Source: Balanoglossus misakiensis (taxonomy: Eukaryota > Animalia > Hemichordata). Taken from it: a stretch of 64,000 bases of DNA. Each line of letters starts with the position of its first letter. Position 1 is the first letter of the stretch. Below are positions 28,905-40,803 of the stretch, in pieces. The DNA is taken from NCBI GenBank assembly GCA_040954595.2, contig CM082578.2:10671166-10735165 (forward strand), written 5' to 3'. The notes below the pieces were generated by a model. That model saw only the letters and a list, made by a program, of their open reading frames with translations, was not told the DNA's origin and did not search any database. The position numbers were made by a program, and so were the translations under genes.

Positions 28905-30265
28905 CTATGAGAGTTCAACCCTCGAACTACTTTACAAAGATAAAGTTGAACAGTTCACACAACAGCATTGTGACTCCAAATCTACTGGGAATTAACCTTC
29001 TTGGCTTGGCTGCCCTGTCACCTTGGCAATTCTAAATAAACAGTTGATCTGCGAGATTAATGTCATTCGGTCCTATACAATAGCCCGGTTCGTAAAAATG
29101 GATTGCCTTCGTCTACAGGTGCCATTGTGTTATTTCACTGGCACTATCACAATAACACCGCGTGACTCTTTCTCTTTCATCGCAAATGCCCCTAATCAGG
29201 GCGAGTTTTTATTTGCTGTTAATCGAAAATCGACCCTGTTCATCGACCTGGGCCGTGTATATAAAATATGTCAACTTTATTTCGCACTTTAAAAAACCAG
29301 CATTTGTGTCACACCTGGCTCGAAATCGTCGGCGACAACGTGCCGGAGTGAATGGAATCACAAAACCTCGACGGGCAGTTCTTTTGCCACGGTGGCAAGA
29401 ATCTGTATCAACACTAGAGTCTGTGTTGAGTGTGTCTGCTCCGTACATTTGACAGAATTGCCACTGAAAGAAAGTTACTGAATAACACAACATGTTCTAA
29501 CCGACTCCCCGTCTTGTTTCTATGAAAACAAACGTACAATACTTTCAATGCATGTCAGTATCTCGCTGATAGTCAGACGTTTAAATAGTGGGCGCCTAAT
29601 TATTCTTTCTTAAATATCAGTTTGAAGCATGACTTATGAGCGCGATATACATTATAATTAGTGACGTTTTAAATAAATCTGACATGCTTTCAATTTAATT
29701 CTGTTTAATTCCTGGCGAGTTACACTCGTCAAAACTGTTGCCCGGATTCATATCCAGCATTAATGGAATTTACCCTCCGTGCTATATTGGATTTTTCGCG
29801 GCGCATTCCATTGCCCGGGTTGAATAGCAAGCAGGAACACACCTACGTTTTGAAGGGTGAAGTGGCAGCGGCGTACACTGACCTGCGTGTCTACGTGTAT
29901 TTGCTTGACCGTACGGACTATGTGTGGTTTGACCCCTGGTCGTTAAATATGAGTTCTCAAAAGCGTTAATCACCAACCCGTGCAATTAAAATTGAAAGGC
30001 TCCCGCTGCGTTGGAGCCAGGTGTATTTTTGTACCTTTTCCGTGTAAATTTCAGTGATACGTGCTCTGTTGAGTATTCGTCTCTTTCATGAATACACCAG
30101 AACCTAATTATAGTATAGTAAAGTACATGCACACCCACGCGTATTAAAATGAAACTGTGCTCGACAGTCCTGCGAATGGAAACAGCCGCGAGTGAGTAAT
30201 CTATACACAACTACACAAATTATTAAGTATAAGACACTCGCAGTGGAGTGACCTGTTTCTCGGCT

Positions 30266-30278
30266 GTTCCCTAGAAAC
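30266..30278. promoter_or_regulatory. Putative RFX X-box upstream of the SPACA9-like gene
   Basis: GTTCCCTAGAAAC fits the GTTNCCTAGNAAC form of the X-box. It lies about 145 bp upstream of the ATG of a predicted ciliary gene. Confidence 0.55.
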
Positions 30279-30420
30279 GGCCGGTCCGGCGTACAGCGGT
30301 GTTCATTTCGTGTGAAATCAACCGTTGAAATCGAGAGTGTCGTAATATCGTGTTTCGCGGTGCAGCGTTTAACGCGCTTTCTCTTTTTTTTTATTACTGC
30401 TGCAGAGAGTCTTGCGCAGA

Positions 30421-31880
30421 ATGTCGAACATCGCGAGGCACGATCACGGTTCGGTGCTGCGGCACATGCAAGAGGCCAACACCCAGCTGGCGAACGAAGT
30501 GCGCAAGTTCAAGATCAGCGAGTACAAGAAACTGTTCCAGCAGACGAGAAGTTTCATCGACGCGCTGGAGCGGTGCCCGCTGTCGCGCCACCGGTCGTAC
30601 GGCCCGTCCATCCTGACCATCCGACAGGTGCACGACTGCTTCCAGGTGTCGCAGAAGATGGACGGCGAGAGGAGGACCCACTACACCATCCTGCTGGGCT
30701 ACTTCCTGCACCTGAGCGGCGAACTGCGCCAGCTAGCGGTCAACGCCAGGGACTGGCTGGGCGAGCCCGTCGCCCAGTTCACGGTGCACGACTACCAGGT
30801 GGAGAGCGGGCAGAAAATCTTGAACGAACTGAACTTTTGGGAGAAATTCCTCAACGAGGACAACGACTTTACCGATCTGCACAAGTACAAAACCCTGGAG
30901 GAGTTTCGCGGACTGAACACCGGGGAAGTGAGCATCTACGGAGCCGTTGTAAACTTGCTCCCGGTGATTCTGAAGACGATCGAAGGCATCACAGACGAGG
31001 TGAGTTTTCTCTCTGAAACCAAATCTCTCCTTCACTTGCGTGGAGCTCTTGGGGGCACTTGATCAACGAAACTTATTTTGTCCGGCACACCTGCTAAAAC
31101 ACATGCCTGTTTTGTTCGTGTGGGATTTTTAAAGGGACGTTAAATTCTCAGCGTGTTTATTGGAGAAGAATTTTAAAAATCACGTTACGGAACTTTTTTT
31201 AATGTTCTAGGTGACCAAGTGGTTGAACCAAACATATCGACTGGGCATGGGTGTTTTCAAGATCAATCCGAAGAGCCTACTGGCCCCGGAGCCCCTTCGA
31301 CCCGATCAAGGATCAAGGTCGGGCTCCCGGGCAGGATCGAGGACCAGTTCGCGCCCGGCCAGCGCCGTCGCCGGGCAGCGTCCGTCGAGTCGGGCCAGCG
31401 TGACAAATCAGAGACCGTCCAGTAGAAGCAGCGCCCTCGAGCGACCGGCGACAGCGCAAAGCCGACCACCCAGTCGTCAGGGAGCAACGGTGGCCACACA
31501 GACTGAGTTCAGCAGACAGTCATCTCGGGAGAAAACAAAGACCAGGGTGACGTCAGCCCCGCCAACGCGACGATCTTACAGTAAGTGTGACTATAAACTG
31601 CAATGGGATTTGTGACAGCCTTTGTAAGTCACGGGAGTTTTTGTTATGATCAGTGTGTGACATTTGTCACGTACAAACCTATACTATTGCAAAGTGCCAA
31701 CTTCTAAAGAAAATACGAATCAAAGCGTTTGCATTTTTTCCCTTCATAGATGACCAGTTGGCAGCCAGGTATAAAGGCAAAATCTCCATCTATGAACGGT
31801 CGCCATGGAAACCATCTTCCAGCATTCCACACAATCTGTATCCGAGGCTACACATTCATCTCCCGGAAACAGACTCCTAA
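30421..31880 (+). CDS. SPACA9: SPACA9 (C9orf9)-like ciliary/flagellar microtubule inner protein, about 359 aa
   Basis: Exons: 30421-30999, 31211-31580, 31750-31880 (GT-AG, in phase). Matches to human SPACA9 as recalled: YKKLFQQTRSFIDALERC vs YKLFQQQQLTFTAALEHC; NDFTDLHKY vs NDLSSLRAKY; YGAVVNLLPVIL vs YGGVVSLIPLIL; C-terminal PWKP vs PWRP. Exon 1 shows strong GC3 coding bias. It may be a paralog rather than the strict ortholog. Confidence 0.75.
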
Positions 31881-34139
31881 GCGACACATGGGATTGGACT
31901 GTGTAATGAGAAAACCGTGACTCTTACATGGGAAATTGTACTTTTCTCAGCTGCAGTATTATAATGGGCGAAACTTTTAGTTTAGCATAACAAATCTAAG
32001 AGTATTATTTTCAACTGTACCGTTCAAAGCATATTATATCAAAACTCTGAAACACGAAGCATTTACGTCACTTTGGGTAGTACTAAATCTCTGGCGAGTC
32101 TCAGTAATCGTAATTACGCAATGACTTGCCATTAAAATTTTATAAGTGGCTGTTAGCTTGAATACTGAGTAAAATTGATGTCTGTAGATATATGTCAGTC
32201 AAATCAAAATGTACATATTAGGAACACTATAGCCTTCTGCTGCATCATCACCATATACATGATACATGTATATGGAATGCTAATGCAACGGATGAGCTTC
32301 ACAACTCCCATACGTAACAAGTAAGTTAGTGAGTGTCGTAGAAACTTAAACATACAGCAACGTAATCATTTATAAGCAGGTTTCTGTTCCGTCGTTCAGC
32401 TCTCGGCAATTTTTATAGAAGCCTCGCGTGAGTTCGCGAAACTGTGACGTTCTTGCCCGACCTAACACAAGTGTTATCGGTGTTAGAACTCAAACACCCG
32501 GTGTCCGCGCGCGTTGCATGCAGGGATAGAAAAAAGTCATTGACCACGTCGGTATTGTTGGCAAACGATGCTCTTCATCGATTGGCGCAACGGTGCGAAT
32601 TCTGGTCATAATGTGCAGTACATTGCATTCGGACAGGGGACATTGTGATATAAAATAAATCCATGATTTCATGCAGGGTTTTCATAGTTCTTCTTTTTCG
32701 AGAGTTTGGATCTGGGAAGCATTTTACATTGTTTTAATCTGTATTACTAAGAACAACAACCAACAACTAAGGATATTATTTTCTGCAAGGCGAGATTCGA
32801 GGAAGTTTCGTGTGATTTGTATTATCATATTTGATATATAGCTATGTCATTCATTGCCCTGCCGAAATATTACTTGTGTGTTAACGAAACGGTAGAGTTT
32901 CGTAAATGTAACACTAGGCTGCGTGCGTATAAAAGTACTAAATGTCGTTAAAAGACGACAGCATTATTTAATTGACACTAAGCATTAATTTTCTCTTGCC
33001 ACACAGCATCAGTGTAAAAGACAGTGCGCGAAATATGTGAACATGTACATGTAAGAATGTATTTGAGAAAACATGGGTATGGTCGTAAGGGGCGCTATTG
33101 CCAAAATCGCGAAGGGTGACCACCAAGAGTGATTGACGTTTCTTCCACTCTTGTCAAAATACTTGGTACATTATGTACTAGTATCAGATAAGGTGACTCA
33201 GTTTTCTAGGAGTTAAAGTTCATCGAACTTTATCAAAACGTTCATCTGGTCGGGTCAAACGTGGCGTTAGATGAAAAGTAGTCATTTTATTCAGGCGCTC
33301 TGGCGCCCGTAGTTCTGTGTACCCATTGCGTCACTCCATACTTATGCAAATGAAAGTGCTCAATTTTCCACTTTTCCACATGACAACAGTGTACATTGTA
33401 GTCAGTATTCATTTGGGCTACACGTGAACTCTGTAAAGCAGTAAAGACAATGTTGAAACAATCGGGATTGTCATTTTCTTTTAATCTTTCCAAGAATAGT
33501 GTACTGTCTCCATGTGCTTTTATCATTCCACAATAAATTAATCTTTACATCAGTTGAAATATCGACCTCCTATGTACTATGACAAAGGTTGAATGACTCC
33601 TTCATGTATATGCTGATATGCTGCATAACTAGGAAGATTGCTGCTTTTGCCTAAACATTTCAATGAGCAGAATAATGTAAATTCTGAATTGGTCAATTTA
33701 TATCCTCAAATCAGAAGTTTCTGTAGTCACAGTATTGTATTTGAGACGTGACATCTTTTCTTTAAAACTCTTTCATTTTTATACGGGCGATAGTAACTAA
33801 TTAAATGCATAATCTGGCCAAGAAATTTCATAATACAGAAGTTGTGTCTGTTTTGAATATCCAACATGCGTGTTCTCGCTAGCGGTGTGTTCGGTGTTCG
33901 ACCGTTTACTTTTTAATAAGTCAAGTCCAGCTATGATATTGAAGGTGTAACTATAATTCAAAGTCCTCTTGCATAATAATCCTGTCATAACATCCGGGAA
34001 TCTAACATCGCTTGCAGTTCCAGGTCCATCACCGTACCCAAATATACCGTACATGCTATCACGACAAATTATGTGATGATATAAATTCGTTTGCAATACA
34101 TGCGCTCCTTCAAGGTCAAGGAGCCGGGGCCTTCAAGTC

Positions 34140-36457
34140 TCAATCTCGCAGAACACCACACGGATCCTGCAAGAACTTGTCGAGTTCTCCCTCGATAAAA
34201 TCAAAGTCACAGCCGTCTGGATCTTTCAGTTGTCCGTGTTTGTCTTCAAAAAGATTGATTTCCGGCATGAAGTAGTGAGGACAGCGGCGATCGGCGATCC
34301 AATTCTTCAACTGACGCACAAGCCCCGTGACGCGCTCACCTAGCTTGTCACGTGACCAGTCTCGGGAGTGGGGATACTTTTCGCATTCCCATAGCAACAG
34401 CGTCTGTGAATAGAAAGAAGTAACACGTATAAAATTGGCGCAAAATGCGAAACCTTTGGCGAAGTCTTAATGAGTGAAGTTTTCGTATATTCCAATCAGT
34501 TGATAGAGATCTTCTTCCTCCGAAGTGAGTATAAATCTTTTCGTCATTACAAAATTTCAAATTTCAGTTTGTGATTTGCAAACCACAGGCAGTAAGCTTA
34601 TGCATGGACGCTCATATACGCAGACGTACGCAAGAAACTAAATTCTGACACTGGTCAGCTGGGATACATGTACTAGGTTCTCTGCTGTACTGCCCCCATG
34701 TACACGAAGGATAGTGTTGAACCGGCTATAGAGGAGGGCTGTAAGGGCCAAAAAGTTACAAGTACATAGACCTTGCATACATTCACAGAGTATAGGCGTG
34801 TGGACACACATACATGACACACACTTCTTACTTTTAAATGAAACGAGGACAGGGCAGACTTGGTGACTCGACACCAATTGTCTTCACGAAGTTTCTTCAA
34901 AATTCGAAGACACTGTTTACGGCAACCGTCATCCTTGTCGATGCCGTCCAATAAAACAATTTCACAACGTTGAAAAGACGTCAGCCTGTGTAAAAAATTA
35001 ATATAAATACTATATTTATGGTAAATTGAACTACGAGCCAAACGGTAAAACAAGATGATAAAATGAAAGAATCATGGAAAGTCACATTATTCAATCAACG
35101 ATAAAGCTGTGACGTAAATGAACCAAAACAAGCAATCAAAACGAACAAGCACATTACAGCATAGGCAAGCATTTTCCGCGGACTGTAATGATATGCACAT
35201 TCACAAGAATAGATGTGGATATTTACATACCAGTATAACTTGTCCTTAGCAACAGAATCTGTTCCAACCGCTCGCACTTCATCCACTTTGTGACGCGGCG
35301 GCCAGTTCTGAGAGCGAGGCCACGTCTTCAATACCGATGGGGGCAACCCCTTTCCATTATCCGGTACAAGTGGTACCAGATCAACAGATACGCCATTTGG
35401 GAGCCCATTCCAAACTGTCAGAGTGATAGCTGGGCCGTGAATTTTGTTGTGCACTCTCACTGAGTCTATATGCAAAAACAAAGTGAAATTGAAATTGGAT
35501 TTGGTTCGTTCTACCTAATAACCCTGTCAGGCCTACACTTCATGAAACGAAAGTTATGGCAAGTATGCCGTCATGGGCAATTTGTTGCATGTTTGGGTTT
35601 ATATGAATTGATATAGAAAAGTCCATGTAAAGTAGTCATGCCGGCACATTCACGTCACTCTGTTAATTATATACATAGCCATCATTGATCGATAAGGTTA
35701 TTAAATGTCGGCGGCACGTCTCACCTTTATCCGCAAACGTTCACCTATTCATAACATCGTAAATTGTGCAAAATTAAGCTCAATATGAAAGTCGGGATCA
35801 GTAAGCCTACATACTTGTCTAGAAAGTCAGATCCAGACAGGACGTCACGATATGTGCCACACTACCTCTCATCACATGTTTAAAAAGGTTAGTTAAAAAT
35901 CAAGCAAAAAGCTACATACCTTGCAATTTGCACTTACGAACGGCATCTTGAACCAGACCCTTGAACAGGCTTCTGACTTTACAAGGAACCAGGTCATCGT
36001 CTACCTTCATGTCATCCGAGTGCCAAATAGGCAGCACGTCTGCACTATTATGAATCGCTACGTGGTGATACCCTTTCGGTGGAGGTGGCAGGGGAACTCC
36101 AGGTGTTCTCACGATCTGATGAGACAACTGTGGATCGTCAGCCGAACAATAATCTGTTTTTGGGTCGATGTTGTAATACCTAGGTTTTGATGGCGCCCAA
36201 ATCAATGTCGGCAACGCCTTCAATTCCACCAGGTAGTCGAACTCGTCAGGTTTGCTAACTTTCAGCCCGGACGCATAGCTTCCCGAACGGGTAACTTGAT
36301 GGCTGAAACGTTCATCCTGTTCATTGACGTATTTCAAGATGATTTCAATGACGCTGAGCACATGCTCAACGGCCTTTTTCGTGGCGTCTCTTCCAATTTT
36401 CACTTTGTTTTCCGTGTAGTTGTTCAGTTCGTCGACGAGGCCCGCGAGAATTGGCAT
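34140..36457 (-). CDS. cGAS-like receptor (cGLR; Mab-21/nucleotidyltransferase family), about 396 aa
   Basis: Exons: 36457-35920, 35465-35231, 34985-34832, 34403-34140 (GT-AG; phases 1,2,0; 1191 nt). NTase signature SGSYASGLKVSKPDEFDYLV; GPAITL; third acidic residue in SVDLVP; WLTSFQRCE; CRKQCLRILK; LSSFHLKTLLLW; CPHYFMPEINLF. Confidence 0.93.
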
Positions 36458-36570
36458 GATGGGCAAGGTGTTGCAATATATCAGCTAGAATACTGGACAA
36501 ACTGGGGAGTGCTGCTTCCTTTGATGTCGGAACAACCTGTGAATTCCGTGTAGCTGGATGGAGGCAGATA

Positions 36571-36827
36571 TTTTATACGCCACAGAATCCCAGGTATTGC
36601 AAAATTAATCTGGAAATCCCCACTATTCCTAAATAATCGTATGACGTGTTTCATAATTATAATATGCCTAAAGTCAGCTCAGCCAATAACACCGTAAAGA
36701 TTTTTCTAGAAAAACGCTGACCAGCCAATTAACATTTTAGGTTCGTGGAAATCCCCTGCTAGCATGACTCACTGTCGAAAAAACGGGCCTTAATGCGCAT
36801 GCGTTGTTTTACAAGTGAAAATTCCCC
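36571..36827 (-). promoter_or_regulatory. cGLR proximal promoter with TATA, kappaB, AP-1 and CCAAT motifs
   Basis: On the minus strand: TATAAAA 36577-36571; GGGGATTTCC at 36621-36612 and 36756-36747; GGGAATTTTC at 36826-36817. Also TGACTCA 36765-36771, TGACGT 36642-36647, CCAAT near 36683 and 36725, and an NRF1-like TGCGCATGCG 36794-36803. Confidence 0.7.
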
Positions 36828-36979
36828 GAACTGTCACAGTCTCTGTGCTGCGTGTACGTAGTAGGATTGTGTGTCGGCAAATTTTAACCATTTCGGGTAA
36901 TTTAGAAACGCCATTTTCATACGGGTTGCACAATGCTATTTTCTCACTGGAATGAGATATTACTCCCGAGTCCAGAAAC

Positions 36980-37047
36980 CTGGTTCCCTGCCCCAATCCC
37001 ACCGTTAGCGTAGCGCAGCCAGCGGTTGGATTGGGGCAGGGAACCAG
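36980..37047. mobile_element. Short palindromic MITE-like element
   Basis: Perfect 20-bp inverted arms CTGGTTCCCTGCCCCAATCC / GGATTGGGGCAGGGAACCAG, extending imperfectly inward. Confidence 0.7.
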
Positions 37048-37677
37048 ACTAATATACATGTATGTCCAGATAGATATAGGGCCGACCTTGTCAAATTATA
37101 TATAGCGCATGCGTGATGAAAACGATAACAAAGAAGGCTTTGCTTGACCTCTTTTGACACCCAGTCGTATCGTCATGGCGACTTAATAAATGCTGGATAT
37201 CATGCCTTGCTCTATAGAGAATTATTAGATTACTCTGCATGAAAACTTGCCATGGTGAGAGAAAAATCGTTATACTGCAAGCACATGTTACATGTAGTAT
37301 GATCATTGTCTTCCCCAAATTTTGCATATGAGAAAACCCTCCTCCAAATACAGAGACAAGACCACAGTTTGTGCTTTATACATCGCTAGACTTTATTTTA
37401 ATACCTTGTGCAGTTTTCATGTACAGCCTGTTTAAAAATGACATGTAATCTTAAAATCATTAAAAGATTCAAAATTCATGTACAAAATATACACACCAGC
37501 AAAATACGGATACCTGAGTACTTGCTAGAAGAACGGATATTTGATTTTTTTGTACCTCTGCGGTTGTACCACAGAGGGTATCTTGATTAACAGTCCAAAA
37601 TGACTGGAATCACTGTATTTCGTAGGCTAAACTGAGGAGTCTGTTTGCTATGTCACTGCATACACAAGGAAACTGAT

Positions 37678-40162
37678 TCACGGAATAGGGAAGGTCTCCA
37701 CTGCGCAGCTCTCAATGGCGCACTCATCCCCGCCCCGGCGAATGCGAAAGTAGCCCTTCTCTCCCCACCCTTCACCCCAGCTGTTCTTCACGATCCAGAA
37801 CTTCTCGCCGGTCTCGTGGTCGTAGCCGTATCCGACCAGCAAGACGGCGTGATTGGTGATCTGGAAAGGGTTGAATCGGTCCCGCAGTCCCGTGTGGTGG
37901 TAGATGCCGCCCGTGTAGTACTGGAAGTCTTGGTAGACCATGAAGGAGACCGACAGCGGCCCGTTCTTCACCAGCGCTATCTTCATCAGCTGATCGTTGC
38001 AGGCACCGTAGAAGCCGCCCACGTAGTGGTATTTGGTCGCGTAGTAGCGCTTGCAACCCCTCGTCTCGCCGCTGCAGGGGGCATCTTGACCGGTGTAGGG
38101 CAGACACGACTCCTCCACGAATCCGAAATCATCGGCATACTTGCCAGCGACCAAGTACGGAAAGCCACCTTCACATCCTGCAACAAACGGAAGAAATTCC
38201 GCATTGTGATGATGATGAGGGCTCAGACTGTTGCAATATTTCAAGAAGCTTCATGTCGGCTGTATTACTACAAACTCTCAATTTCAGGTCTTGCCTTGTG
38301 AGGGCGCTGTTTATTGCTGAAGTATAGTTTTCAGTGAAGTTGTCATCTACTCCCCAATCTCATCTTTCACAAAGTACTTTCACTGCAGTTGCTGATAGTA
38401 ATTGCATTTTTTTCAAAGTTTTAATACTGTGGTACTTTGTCAGCCATTAGGTATTATAGAGCCACTCTGTCTCAAGTCTTACAGGGTTCAGAGGTTGTGA
38501 CCTAGTCTAATGGAAAGGGTCAGGGTTGAATCTCACCTTGCGAATAGTTGCTGCACTGCACCACATCTTGCGGTGAAAACACTAAGCTGACCGTGTTGTT
38601 GGTCATGACCTTTAACCTTGCCTCGTACATGCCGGTGGAGGAGAAGGCAAAGCAGCTGCCGCACGATTCCTGGTCCCTTACGGGCGTCACAAAGTTCTGT
38701 CCGTCGACATCGCGCCAATCGAATTCCAGTGGCAGGGTCGACGCCACAGCTTTCACTTCGGCTGTCACTGGCGCTGCCTTAGGGGGCCTGAATTAAGTGA
38801 AAATAAACAAGGAGTCTTTTATGCAAGGTACTGGACTTGCCTAATGGCAAGTCCAATACACAACACACACAGCACTTGACATAGCTGTATTTTATAATTT
38901 TATAAATAAGCCTATACTGCTTACTGAAACCCTTTGGGGGAACCTCCTGTCCGTCTTGTCATCTCTCTCAGCGTGTTTTCAGCAAATTTATCATAAACAG
39001 CAGCTGTCCAAGATTTCTGGGCAGAGTTGATCTGCTCGACGAGTTCCAAGTTTGGTTTAAACGGTTGGTCCAGTGAAGAACTGCAAAAATAATAAAAGAC
39101 AGTATTGGTGATTTAGATATTCAGGCTTGTCATTATAATCTTGGTTGTGTTTTTCTTTCTCCTACCACTGACAGAGACTGAGAGATTCAGTCGTGTGCAG
39201 GAGCTCAGGCGCATAACCTACTGTATGACCCTTTATGACCCTGGTAAAGGGTCATAGGCGGTGTGAATTCATGGTAAAAAGTGATTCTTGTGTTCACAGA
39301 TTCAAACACTGATTGACACTTCACCTCTCTTTGACAAAGCTGAACTTGGGATCGGAGACATCACTGTCCTTCTTGCCAAAATAACAGGCCCAGTCCTTGC
39401 CGTCGACATTGTGAGACCAACCGGGCATGGTCTCCGAGCAGACGCTGGTGTAGTTGCCGCCGCCGGAGGAAACATACTTGGAAAAGGCCAAATACTTCCT
39501 GTTGTTGATGACCACCTCAAAACCCTGGTTGTAGATCAGCGTCCAGAATCCTTCGTTGCCATAGTTATCAAATGCTCGGTCTGGAAAGTACAGCTCAACT
39601 GTCAGGGTTTTACTGACAGGACCTGTAAGTACAGGGTGGAAATATGAAAAAAAGTCAGTCACGTGCACAGAAAATTCTTTGCAAAATCGTTTCTAAATCT
39701 CTCATTTTCATAAAATTTTGCATGAATCGTTTCTTGAGAGAAAGTACATGCATTGGGATGTATAACGGTACTTTTTTGTTTTTTAGGTAAATTTCTTATT
39801 TATAACAACTGCAACATTGCACCATATGTATGTGTGGTGGCTGGTATCTATTTATATTCTGAAAAATAATTAAAATATTTACCACCAAATAAAAAATCAA
39901 ATGATACATCATATACATGTACATGTACATACATAATTGGGCAATCTTTTTCCTTTATGTGATTAAAGTACACTTACACTAAGTGAATAAAATTACCTGT
40001 GAAACCGGTACAATTAAGGGTATTGTCATGGCCTCTCTCGCCAACTGAAAAGGTCCAGCTGCCAGCAATCTCTTCAAATGTGCAGTTAGCCGGTGTATCG
40101 GCAAAGGTGGCGATTGGAAACAGCGTGAGCGAAGCCACACAAAAGCTCAGCAAACGAAACAT
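37678..40162 (-). CDS. CTSC: Cathepsin C (dipeptidyl peptidase I), about 456 aa
   Basis: Exons: 40162-39997, 39622-39325, 39080-38925, 38787-38537, 38177-37678 (1371 nt, in phase). Signal peptide then DTPANC exclusion domain; [12 protein letters not shown]; LPLEFDWR; [10 protein letters not shown] (catalytic Cys); GCEGGFPYL; [10 protein letters not shown] (His); KNSWG (Asn). A poly(A) signal AATAAA lies at 37397-37392. Confidence 0.98.
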
Positions 40163-40803
40163 TTTGATTGATGATAATCACAGTCCCTGATCACAGTGTT
40201 AGTGATGTTACAAATACAAGAAAGTTTGGACGATCAACGTAAAGCCGATTCCGGGGGCGGTTTCCAACTACAAGCTGGTCTCTCGTAAACCGAGTCACGA
40301 GGTTAACATTGTTATATATCACGTGTTCTGTACTTAAAAAGTATAAGTACTGAAGGACATATTTGCACTCTCGCTTGCGCCCAACGTGTGTCAGTATATA
40401 GTACACAGTACAGTTCCTCTTACTTGAACTCCCCAGCCATTCGATGTTGTCAGCGAATTCTTCCGGGGTCATACAAAGACCTATCGGAATAAATTCTTTG
40501 GAAGCTATCGCGATAAAATAACGCATCGGTAATTTTATTGAACATCAAAACATTCCGTCGGTATTGTGTTTCACCCACTGACATGCTACGTCATGTCGCA
40601 AAAAGCTCAAAAAGGAAAGTCCACCAACATGTACAGGCATTGTATTTTCACCAACCTAAAGGGCTCAGTATCACCTTACGTCACCCCAAGCAGTCACATG
40701 ACGGAGTCTGTTCGTCCTGTATGTATTCATTTTCATTATCTAGTCCGAACGGCGTGTCTTCATTCACATTTCTGGGTATATTTTCTAAAACAAGAGGATA
40801 AAA
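40163..40803. promoter_or_regulatory. Putative bidirectional promoter between CTSC and ARL8 with CLEAR/M-box-like E-boxes
   Basis: Divergent start codons are about 640 bp apart. GTCACATGAC 40693-40702, TCACGTG 40319-40325, GTCACGAG 40294-40301, and CRE-like TACGTCA sites near 40587 and 40677. Confidence 0.65.

Noticed and set aside
30312-31016. 234-aa overlapping ORF on the + strand
   Set aside because: Alternative frame of the SPACA9-like exon; non-ATG start and no motifs.
37645-38301. 218-aa + strand ORF
   Set aside because: Antisense shadow of the last CTSC exon.
39224-39256. 12-bp inverted repeat TATGACCCTTTA / TAAAGGGTCATA in CTSC intron 2
   Set aside because: Real, but too short to assign a function; no miRNA or snoRNA hallmarks.
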